A stretch of DNA of 64,000 bases, from NCBI GenBank assembly GCA_000320545.1, contig ADNK01002524.1:62001-126000 (forward strand). The letters are read 5' to 3'. A program made the position numbers and the translations under genes. This document shows, piece by piece, positions 14,104 through 25,597 of the stretch; position 1 is the first letter of the stretch; every line of letters begins with the position of its first letter. This DNA is from Bigelowiella natans CCMP2755 (Eukaryota; Protista; Cercozoa). Under the pieces are notes generated by a model. That model was not told where the DNA came from. It searched no databases and saw only the letters and a list, made by a program, of their open reading frames with translations.

Positions 14104-15890
14104 ACTGGAACGTATTAACAGCGATTGTGTATACTATTAACAACTAGCTGTTAATATGCCAGATGCATATCTATCATCATCATTGATAATTACATCATTA
14201 TCATCGTCATTGTTATCATCATAATTCAGGAAATCATCATCATCGATCATTATCATCATCATCACCATCATCATTGTTATCATCACAATTCAGGCAATGA
14301 TCATTATCATCATTATCATCATCATTGTTATCATCACAATTCAGGCAATGGGGGCGAATCTAAATATCGATGGCAAACAAGCAGCACAAGTCAGTCATTT
14401 ATTGGATAAACCATAGTGCCACTTCTCCCCCCCCTTCCCGCTAAAATATAAGAATGATGATGACGATGATGATGATGATTATGATCTCGATTATAGATCA
14501 AGATTTCTCCGATTTCGCTTCTATTTTTCAACATACATTTTAGCTTGAATAATTCGTGTATCTATGATGCTTGGAATTTGAGGATAGCACACATAGACGA
14601 CGAGAATGGAGAAATCCTTATAATGATAAGAGTTGTTGTTATTGTCATTTATGCTGTTGATGCATAGGTTATGGCGGAATGTGGGTTCTGCTTCCTGTTT
14701 GCTCAGAAGTTTCATCCGTCTATGCGGCACGTTGCAAGTAAAGAATGAAGGAATCATGATGATGATGATGATAAGTAAAGCACAATGTACAGCCATCACC
14801 AATATTTACTACCAAAAGATGCACTTTTCCATCATGAACCTCAAATAGAAATGAAAGTTAGATTATTGTATTATTACCCCCCCCCCCCCCTGCCCCTTCT
14901 CTCTTTCCCTCTCTCCTTTTGTGTTGTCTTTATCTCATCACAAAGAGGTGAGAAGGGCATTAGGTGTACGCACAATCTTCAATATTCTTGGCCCTTTAAC
15001 AAACCCTGCGAGGCCCACGGTCATCAATTAATCGATCAACTAATCAACTTGCCAATCGGTAGAGAAACAAACAAATATAGCGTTACATCATCATGATGAT
15101 CATCATTTGCTATTTAGGTCCAGGTGACAGGGGTATTTGCAAAGCACCTGGGCCCATTGTATATCAACGTGATGAAGAATGCTGGAATGAAGCGAGCAGT
15201 GGTAATAGGATACTCTCTCCCACGCAATCTGTTTACATTGAGAAGAAGTTTCTTAGTAGGGAGAAGTAGTGAGATGATAATGCTGATAACGGACATCCGT
15301 GCATGGGTTATATAATTAGGTTGTTCATTCGAAAGAGGGGTTAGATGAGATAAGTCCGGCTGGGGACACGTAAGAAGAAGAAAAAGAAGAAAAAGAAGAA
15401 GATTCAAGGACAAAGATCATATATACATGACGCAACAACACGACGATTCAACCCCCCCCCCACCCCCGGTTATACTAGCTGAAGCAGATATATTTATTAT
15501 GCTTGCGACGTTAATAATGGCGACGAAGAGTGTGATGAATGGTGGCTGCTACCACTTAGATTTGCATGGATATTGGACAACGGCAAAATTGAGCATAAGA
15601 CTATTTCTCCCAAGGTAGGCATCATTAGTTGTTCGTATGTACAGTTGTTAGACGATGGAAAGGTGGGGGGGTAGGAAGTGCAAGGACGTAAAGGATGATG
15701 GCGACGGTGATGAGGAGTAGGAAGAGATAGAGAAGAGAGTAAAATAATAATTAAATGACAACGATTATTTAGAATATTGCACGTTTCGCTGTAGAACACT
15801 CGATGTTTGTTTGTTCTCCATTTGTAAGTGCAACCTCTTGCTTGTCGCCATAACATACTTATCATCATTATAGTCATCAACTCGACGCAC

Positions 15891-15927
<37 letters not shown>

Positions 15928-16911
15928 ATCTTTTAGGATTTCGGTCTTCCAATATTCTCCCTTGAGAAGGTTGCTGGAAAAGAACCAGAGAAGGTTGCAC
16001 GTCAATTGGATATTACTATATTGCAGTTTATTGATTGATATATTGAAAATAATCTACATAGAGAAAGGAAAAGGGGGGATGGGGGAGAAGGAGAGCATGG
16101 AGAAATGCTTATAGTAGTAGTACTGATCCTTGATGACTGCCATCTTCGCCTCATTCTCAGAATAGTGATAATCTTTATCTTACCCAAGAATATCTCCACA
16201 AGATCATCATCATCATCATCATGACTATCACTATCATTATTACATAACTTTCTTCTTCTATACTGATAGAACAAGAAGACTTTCTTAGATGTTGTGGGCG
16301 GAAAGGTGTCTTCTACTTAGTGAAACATACATTAAAACTAACTATAGACATTACTGCAGCAAATGTTATGATAATGATGATAACTATGGCAACTAACAGA
16401 TAACAACGATAAATTTGTGCAAAGTTCACTAGACCTTACCAAAAAAGTCTTGACGACGTAATATTGTGCATTCTCCTTAATTCTACTGCTACTACTACTT
16501 GATAGGAAGGTCCTCATGCTGATTTCGTCATTCTCAATGCTGGATGTGCTCTTTGGGTGGCAGGTAGTAAATAGATAGATAGATAGATAGATAGATAGGT
16601 AGGTAGGTAGAGGACTACTACTACCACTACTATTTTCGTGAGAATGTCGGTTGTATATGTAAAACATGAGGATGATTCGATTAAATGGCCTTCGGATCCT
16701 CCTTGAGTGGCGTGACTGCTGAATTCTCATTATTACGACGAGTGCTGGTGATTTCTCATTATTATTACTATCTGCTTGATCATGTCCGCACTCAAAGGCC
16801 TCGCATCAAGCTTGAAAGATGGCGCACTATTAGCAAGAAAGACAATACAAAGCGGAAAAGCAAAGGAGGTGTTAGAGGTAATATTATAGTTGCCAACCAT
16901 TTAATATTACG

Positions 16912-16952
<41 letters not shown>

Positions 16953-17342
16953 CTATTTCACATCAGCGCTAGTTACTCTGTCATTTATAGATTTGATTGC
17001 ATTTCATTTCTCCACTTCAATAATGTGGATGAAAAAACGGGTAGATGAGGATTAGTCAAATATGTTAGTTGAAACGATAGAATAGGAACAGTATCGAGAA
17101 TATTGAGCGAATTCTAATATATACTTTCTTCGCCTAAATCATCATTATTATCATCATCATCATCATCACTACTAATCCGTTATTTATGGTGATGTTATAG
17201 AAATATATCAGCCTTTCAAATTCGGTTGTTGGTGAGAAGGCAAACACGTCAGAGAAAAAAGGTACAAACCAGAGCTTGATGCTTATCGTTATTGATTGTT
17301 TTATGCCCATGCATCGATGATGAGGGCAGCCAATAAACCCTG

Positions 17343-17381
<39 letters not shown>

Positions 17382-18875
17382 TGTTTATGTGTGCTTTACG
17401 ATAAACTACCTCTTCCATTTAAATGAGAAGGGGGGGAGGAGAAGAAAAGCATTCTTCACACAATTGCAGATCATCGTGCATCAGTCATTTCTGGTACTAA
17501 TTGTGTGATGATGATGCGTTGACAGTCGAAGCATTTGTTTTTCCCAACATTACAACATATGAATGAGCAGCACTCTCATTAGCATTCCTATCTATCTTTA
17601 CGATGTCACGTACATGTAGTCGTCATCGTCACACTACCAGCATAGTATTTGTGTTTAGAGAAGTAATTGCGTCATTTTTCTCCTCCTCCTCCTCCTCCTC
17701 CACCTCCTCCTCGCCCTCCTTCTCGCAATCCTCGTTGGCAACCACCAGACTTAGCATCTAAAGAACCTTTTCCTAAAATGATGCGTAACGCCGTTGGATT
17801 CCCTCCTATTAACGTTCTTTCAAGAATAAAGGTGGTGATGGGGGAGGAAGGAAGGAAGGAAAAACGAAACCTAGAAAGGATGGATATGAGTGGGGGAAGA
17901 GGGGGGGGCAAAGGGAGAGATGATGATGGTTTGTTTTGGTATTACGATAACAAGAATAACATGTTTGTACCAACAACAACAACAACTACCGACAGATGGG
18001 CAAGATGGGTACCGGAAAGATTCCTAATCTAGTTGCTTTAATGGCAGAAATCAAGGTGTTTATCCAGAGTAGGGTGGGTAGTGGATCATGATGATGAGAG
18101 CTGCAATGACTTCACCCTCTCTCTTCCTCATCGCCTTCCCCCTTCTCCTCGCCCTCCTCTTCTTTTCTTTCATGCTCGTCTCAAATCATCGTTCTGAGAG
18201 AAACTCATCATAAATTGATAAACATAGCGAGCCTCTCCCAGCAAAGGAAATATTAACATCGGAGTCGACGTAGTTGCGCAGGTGTGGATAAGAAGAAGAA
18301 GAAGAAGAACAACAACAACAACAACAACAACAAGTACCTGTGTGGAGAACATTAATGATCATCACAAAGGCGTTGTTTTGATCTTAGCGTTTGTTGGTTT
18401 GTTATTCATTGCATCCTTGCATCATCATCAATCAATAAATCAATAAATCAATTAACCAATCAAGCAATCAATCAATCAATCAATCATCAGGCACTGTTAT
18501 ACGCGAAGGGGGGTGCTTCAGTGATCTCAGTGCTGACAGAGCCAAAATGGTTCAAGGGAGATATAAAAGGTAGTAGTCGTAGTGCTACGGTTGAGAGTAG
18601 GAGGAGGAGGAGGAGGAGGAGGCAGTAATGGAGAAGAGAGAACGAAGTAGTAAAATTCACTTCATAATGTATTGATGACGATGATTGCCTCTTATTCGTT
18701 TTTATTCTAGTTGCGTCGTTATCACCTTGTTTCCGTTGGCTTTACCAAAATGAAAATGCACAACAACAACACCAACAACAACAAACAACAATAACAACTT
18801 GTCTGCTGTAGATTTAAGAGCCGTTAAAGAAGCTGTGATGACTTTGGAAAATCCTCCAGCAGGTAGCAGTTGTAT

Positions 18876-18908
<33 letters not shown>

Positions 18909-19574
18909 CGGTACAACAACATCATCATCATCATCATCGTTGTTATCCTCATTCATCAGTGTACAACAACATCATCATCATCATCGTTGTTATCCTCATT
19001 CATCAGTGTTGCTCAAGGACTTTGTTGTTCACGAATATCAAATTCTACAGGTTGACACATGCAGTAGCTCTGCTTATCATCGCCTATATATATATATATA
19101 TATATATACATATATGTATACATATAATCCAGCTTGTAGTAGCAATAGTAAACCGACTTACTATCTAAATAATAGCTGAGATAATTATCATTATTATCAG
19201 CATCATCATTACAATCATTATCACTAACAATACTGTGATTATTGATGTTGGTAGGCCCGTTGTAACGGAGCTGATTTAGTGCTATTGATAGTCACACTTC
19301 TCCCTTTACCAAAGCTAAAGCACTTTATCGACGGTATCCTCCCAATTCTTGTAGTAGTAGTACTAGTAGTACTAGTAGTACCAGAAGTAGCAGGTGCAGC
19401 ATGTAGGATTTTACGTTAATATATAGTCAAGCTTTGCATTCATAGCGATCATCAAGCATCACTATCGATAATGAAGGAGTAATTAATTGTCGATAAGAAT
19501 ACCTAGTATATGAGATAGAAAGGGGGGGGGGTTGGTTTTCCTTACTGCTGTGATTGTTATAATACGCGACAGGT

Positions 19575-19616
<42 letters not shown>

Positions 19617-20076
19617 ATATGGCAGTTTTTGTTCTTGGTGTGTTTGTTACGAGAATAGCCATCATCATCAGCAGCAGCATCATCAGCATCATAGCCATTA
19701 TCGTCATCCTCATCGTCATCATCGTCATCACCACCAGCTGATTCATCGATTATTCTTATTTTTTCATTAGTTTGTCGGTGCTTGGGCATGGAACCATTAG
19801 TAGAAGTAGCTAGAGAAGAGGAGGTTACTGCGAAATGCTCTGTTGTGAAAAAGAACAACGAGAGGAAGAAGAAGAAGCAGCAAACATCTCGCATCATCAG
19901 TCTATCTGCTTCTCGTAGCTGTTGATCCTTATTCACTCTTTCACATCGATCTGCCGGTGCGTACATTAAGTTGTTATTCATGTATATCGATTCTGCTCAG
20001 GTCAAGACGGCTCTTGAGGCTGGGGCCAAGTTTATCGGTAGTAATGTTTACACTTAAAAGAAATGCCGATAGTGTT

Positions 20077-20109
<33 letters not shown>

Positions 20110-20563
20110 ATGCAGTCTGTGGTAGTAGCATTAGTAATAGTCGTGTAAGAATCATCATCACCGTTATCATCATCGATATCATCATCATTTGTCCTGCCTT
20201 TCATTACCTTTTAATAATTATGGCGCTGCTCTCTCCTCCTCCTCCTCCTCCTCCTCCTGATCAGGCATCAACAACAGGAACCTCAAGACCTTTCATGTAG
20301 ACATGGATACAACGAGTGAGTAGTTACTTTACCTTGGGGCAAGGGCTTTAGTTGGTGTTGTTATCGATGCCTCTTCCATCCTTATTGTTACTGCCGTTGT
20401 TTTGAATAAATGAGTGTACATTCACTCCACCAACTAACCAAACTTTTATCATTTATGTGGTTATTAGATCGTGTGGCGAAGTTAATCCCTGATGACGTCC
20501 AAATCGCTGCTTTGAGCGGTAGTAGTTCTCATGCTCTTTATTCGATCTCTCCCCTCCCTCACT

Positions 20564-20595
<32 letters not shown>

Positions 20596-20790
20596 TATCA
20601 CCATTGCGGCAAATCTCAGACAAATGTTTTTTCCGATATTCAATATTGCCCTGGAAGTGCTAATGCGTTGGTACTACTACTACTACACCATATAAATACA
20701 AAGGAATCAAAACTCGAGATGATGTTCTCAAATTCAAAAAGGCAGGAGCTTCGGTACTGAAGAATTCAGAAAACGGAGAGAATTCTCTCT

Positions 20791-20831
<41 letters not shown>

Positions 20832-21332
20832 ATATTTGTATGATTCTTACGCCTACCACTCCTTCTCCATGGCATGGCCATTCTGCTTTAGTACTAAAGT
20901 GGCAAGAATAACAAGAATGATAATAAGAGAAATGAAATCATGTACATGATAAAATAGGCCGTCTCCTCCTCCTCCTCCTCCTCCTCCTCCTCCTCCTCCT
21001 CCTCCCCCTCTTCCTCTTCCTTCCCTATCTTGCTTCGCCTTGATCTAACGTGCTCCCATTGCATGTACACGTGCAGGCAGTGCTAGTAGGAGAGACTCTC
21101 ATGAGATCAACCGATGCCTCGGTACTAGTACTAGTAGTGGTAGTAGTTGTAGTAGTAGTAGTAGTAGTAGTAGCAGCAGCAGTAGAGTCAACGATAACAG
21201 TCCCCTCCCACGTGAAAATACCAGCAGTAGCAGTTGCAGCAGCAGCAGAAGTAGTAGTAGCAGTTGCCATGCAGAGTCATCACACTTTGTATAATCTAGG
21301 TCAAAATTAAAGAGCTGATTTCGGGAGAGTGA
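11512..21332 (+). CDS. trpD-trpC: Bifunctional anthranilate phosphoribosyltransferase / indole-3-glycerol-phosphate synthase fusion (about 35 exons)
   Basis: TrpD motifs DVVGT|[79 protein letters not shown] (about 11779-16877). In-frame linker exon 17201-17261. TrpC motifs [17 protein letters not shown]|[27 protein letters not shown]...[33 protein letters not shown]|[13 protein letters not shown]; stop TGA 21330-21332. Confidence 0.9.
12732..12833. repeat. Perfect 51-nt tandem duplication in intron
   Basis: CACAACACACACTACCACATACACTCATTGACTCATATGTGGCTGTACCTG occurs twice in tandem. Confidence 0.9.
13251..13358 (+). repeat. Tandem duplication of a splice acceptor
   Basis: AATAACCATAATCATCATCGTCATCA..CATGATTAG|GGGGAGATG occurs twice; only the second copy continues into GGDGFDTFN. 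Confidence 0.8.
14221..14350 (+). repeat. Triplicated acceptor-like unit
   Basis: AATTCAGG(A/C)AAT at about 14223, 14287 and 14338 embedded in (ATC)n; the last copy is the coding acceptor (AMGANL). Confidence 0.75.
18911..19008 (+). repeat. Tandem duplication of a splice acceptor
   Basis: GTACAACAAC(ATC)nGTTGTTATCCTCATTCATCAG|TGT occurs twice; the AGs end at 18959 and 19006. Confidence 0.8.
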
Positions 21333-21899
21333 GAAAGGACACAACCGATTGTTGTTGTGGAAAGTAAATAGCTTTCCATTTCAACGCCATATACATTTAT
21401 TCAGCTAGACATGATTACACGCTAGCATTTGCTGTGCATATATTGATGGATACAGAGATAGTATTGTATTCGCATATTATTTCACCATAACATCAATAAG
21501 TCCAAATAATAGAATATATCTGATTTGTTGAATAAGACTGCTGATACATTATCATAATGTCGTCTTCGTATTGACCCTAGCTAGCTCTGTCGCTGATGTG
21601 AGGGGTTGAACAAAATATAACTTGATGTAGATGAGTGTCTAATTACTTCGTTGGCAACTAGTGTAGACTATCTTTGTAAGAGGTTTGTAAGACATGGCGT
21701 AGAATCATCAGTGATGGTACGATGACAAATAACGTACAGAATATATAATGAACAAAGCATTTATCATGCATTATATGCGCCGTGCGGCAAATAATAGCAA
21801 TCCTAGATTAATTGTGCACCGCGCATGCCTCGTAGCATGATGTCATGTCATGAGTATTGTTCGTGTGTGAACAACGCATAATGACCGCCATTCGATCCA

Positions 21900-22600
21900 G
21901 CGTTGTCTGGATGTGTGTGTTCGAAAGATTGTTTGCCGTTTGCACATCTAGCTAACTAGCTAGCTAGCTAGACATCCTTACATTGATCTAGAAGTGATTG
22001 GCTTTGTCTAGTTGTGACGCAGTAAGACCTATAGAGCTAGCATGGCCATGACTAGATGATGTAGCACTACAGAGCAGGTGCCAACTACATCGAATGTTGT
22101 ATTCACGTATTCACACAACTTGTGTCTCTCTAGCTCTCACTGTTGCTAGATTGTCGCATTGGTCGTGCTAGCGTGTCTAGATGCACGTCTAGCTAGCTAG
22201 CTAGCTAGATGGAGCTAGAGAGCTTGCTAGATTGAAGCGACATCACAACATTGTCCATTCTAGTTGCTCATAGCTGCATGCTAGCATGATAGCTAGCTAG
22301 AGTTAGGAGCAAATTTGCTAATCATGAGCACAGGCAAACACGCACTAGCTCTAGAGCTGTCATGCAATGCTAGGATGTGCACGCCACAGTGCACAATTGC
22401 ACATCCATCGGTCGCAATGCAAGGTATTCGTCAATCTCATAACAGCACATGCAGCATGAGAGTTCTCTAGGTTCTGCATCATGTCAATTGCTTTGCAAAC
22501 CCAAATCCAGCTGAAGATGTGACATGATCGCAGCATTCGTTAGCTCTAGAGCTGTGAATGGCAGCATTCATTGCATTGTCATCGGATTATGTGGCATGTC
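21900..22600. repeat. CTAG/TGCA/CATG-rich spacer between convergent genes
   Basis: (CTAG)n at about 21948-21971, 22188-22208 and 22290-22301; repeated CTCTAGAGCTG and GCATGC words. Confidence 0.55.
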
Positions 22601-22810
22601 TTGCACATCAAAACAATAAGCAAATAAACACTAGAAACAAAAGAGTCTATCATTGACAAAAAATGGGTTCCTTGATTTGTAGCTCAAAAAAGCGAACATT
22701 ACATCCCAACAGTGGTCAAATCGGCCTATCACATTAATAAACACAAAGACTTTTCCGAGCGTAAGTATCTCATGCTATTGTCTTCGACCATTTATTGCCA
22801 TGATTCTTGT

Positions 22811-24726
22811 TTAGCTTGGAGGAGAAAGGGCATCGAGCGATTCTCGAATGAAAGTCCAATATTTAAACTTGCTGTGGCCTGGAAAATGCCCGAGGCAAAC
22901 CTGTTGAGTTGGAAGTCATTATGATGGATAAGTTATAGCCACGTGGTGGTAATGACTTTCGACATGTTATATATTCATCTTCTAAGTAATCATAATAATA
23001 ATTATGATAACAAAGAAAGTTAAATATTAAATAATACCTGCTCGTCAACAAAGGTGTTGTACAATGCACCGTCGTCTCTCACCTCCCAAACTTTATCCAC
23101 TTGCACGAATGACATTACGTTAAACAGCTCCTGGCCGAAATCAACAGTAACCTTATCCTAATCGATGCAAATGTAAATGCATTCGTTACTCTATCACATA
23201 TGGACATTTTTCATGCCAATAATTACTACAAAAAGTAAACATGATTTTCGCATGCTGGGAAGTGATAAAAGTCTGTACATACTACAATCACCACCTTATG
23301 ATCCAGGTAGTAATTCCAATAGAAATGCTGCGCATGCATTTGATTATGGGGGGGGATAAGAAATGAGAGAAGGCTTTTCGTTATAAAACATGAAAGGTGC
23401 AACTTATCTGAGCTACACTCCATGCAAACAAAACTACCTGGTCAGTAGGCTTTCTATTGTTATGCGTTTTGACATATTTCGAAAGACGTTTTTTCCAATT
23501 ATCTCCAGGGTGACGTGCTTGGAACAAGTCCAAATACCCATCAAGTGCTGTTCGTGACATTTCTAACCAGCAGAAAAATAAGAGAGGAAAAGAAGAAGCA
23601 TTATATCATTCGTAATTATCAGCATTATTTGTTATCGCAGCGTTGTCCCCTTCCTCTTTACCCTTAGCTCAGTTGGTAATTACAACGTTTGAAGACAACA
23701 AAGCAACAGCAGCAGCTTGCTGTAACAGTATCACCTTGAAGCATAGAGGCAGGTCCCATAATCGTGCCAGAGTTCATATAGATAAACCCATCTTGATCGT
23801 ACTTACGGTCTGCAAGCTGCTTAAGTTGCTCCATATCGATGAGCTAGAATAATCAGCAATGATAACCACACCCATTCACATTATTTTAACTTTTGTTATT
23901 TTCAGAAGGCACGCTCTGTTTGCATTTGTAACGCACTTACTTACTACGGCTGTACAATTGTTCTACACCTGGGGTTTTTCACTTGCAATGTAGCGAGGAA
24001 CTTGAGGGACTTCGTCAGGCCTGTCCGTATCGAACGAGTTAAGCTCTGCTCCAAATACAATTCGCTTTCCACCACTTTTCTTGACGATGTTATGGTACTT
24101 CTTAATCATCTGAATTTGAAAGATAGGGGGGACCACCGTAAAAATAATGGAAACAGCATCTATATGATGTTTCAATTTTGGAGTAATTTGTGAGAGTTAA
24201 TTTGTGAGAGTTTAAATACCATATCCATGTCGCACGACTTTGCGATGACTACATCGGAATCCACAAGGAGAACGAGCTGTTCTGGGTTACTTGCAGTTAC
24301 GTTCTTCAAGTAGTGGTTTGCAATAGCCATCTTAGTTGTAGTGCGAAGAAGAGTTATGTGTTATGTTCAAACCATCGCAGATTGGAAGAAAATATGCCTT
24401 CCAAAACATTCTACAGAAGATTGTTATACATCATCGAAGATTAACGCTACCTTAGTCCTGAAACCTCGAAAGACTTCTCCCTTTCCAATCTGTTGAAAAC
24501 GCTCATCTCCTTTCGTGGAGAGCCGAAGGAGAGTATCCTTCATTGTGCGAGTTTCAACAGAAGCAATTCGCAAGGTTTCTTTGGAGGAGGATGGGGTGGA
24601 TCCAACATAAATCAGCTCGAAAATCCCAGTTCCATGAAGCTTGCTATGCTCTGCGATCTCGGGGTCCCACACAGCCTCAACGCGAAGGATGGCGGCGACT
24701 ATAAGAGCAAAGTAGAAAGCAATCAT
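22811..24726 (-). CDS. Secreted/ER glycosyltransferase resembling the PLOD (lysyl hydroxylase) GT domain (about 8 exons)
   Basis: Signal peptide MIAFYFALIVAAILRVEA; FRGFRTK|MAIANHYLK...VLLVDSDVVI (DxD); IVFGAE; FIYMNSGTIMGPA; TDQ|HFYWNYYLD; VTVDFGQELFNVM; GHFPG; stop TAA at 22813-22811. Motif order matches the PLOD-type GT-A domain. Confidence 0.75.
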
Positions 24727-25597
24727 CTGCAGCTGTTTGTCCTGACAGCGGAAGGTGGAGAATGCAATTTTCGGACGAGTCTAGGAGTACTGAAGCAGAT
24801 TTTTTAGCACTAACTCAAAAAAACTGTGCAGCAAATGATGTGGAACGTGGAACGAAGGTTTTGCGGCATCGACGTAGCACCGGGGTAAGACAGCGAATAC
24901 CGGAACTCCGGCGGTGACATATGAAGGTACCGTATGGCTGTTCCTAGTCAAAAACTCCCGGACAATGACGGGATTCGCTTCGACAATTTGCTTCAAATTA
25001 TCGAAAATCATCCACTTGAACCACCGGTTTTTGTCTGAGGATATCAAGTTTTTGAAATAATCGCCGGTCATATCAAGGTTGCGCCAAGTTTAAGCAAAAT
25101 ACGCGATAAAATGGAAATATCAGCAACAATCGACCTACATTTGAAACAATCGAATCCAACCCTACCTTTAGCTCTGAATACCAGCAGAATCTCATACTTG
25201 GCTAATATTGGATCCCATCCCAATTTGAAAGTCTTCAGATTTCTTTTGTTGTCGCAAAAAATATTTATCATCCATTCATCCGTTTTCTTCAACTCAGTGG
25301 TTCTGCCACAATCTCACACTTCCGCACCACACGCAAGTACCGCACCCTGCCCACCCCTTATCCACGTGTGTCTCAGATCCTTCAAACGAGAATTTTAAAC
25401 CGATTCAATGCTTACAAATACACTTATCATTATTTAGTGGATGCTTGTCAATGTTTTCTATGGATATCCTCCCGCTTTTTTAGTGTATAAATGAGGAAAG
25501 TAGGAGACGATGCGTGGTTCCGATGTCCTTAGACATACATGTAAACCTTAGATATTTAATAGCTTACATTACTTTATTTGAAATCAGAGGAAAGAAT

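Noticed and set aside
21900-22600. Possible transposon/MITE in CTAG-rich spacers
   Set aside because: No terminal inverted repeats, target-site duplication or transposase/RT fragments could be identified by eye.
24781-25398. ORFs of 74-96 aa between the GT and APX genes
   Set aside because: No recognisable motifs or splice chain; composition matches the other divergent promoter spacers.
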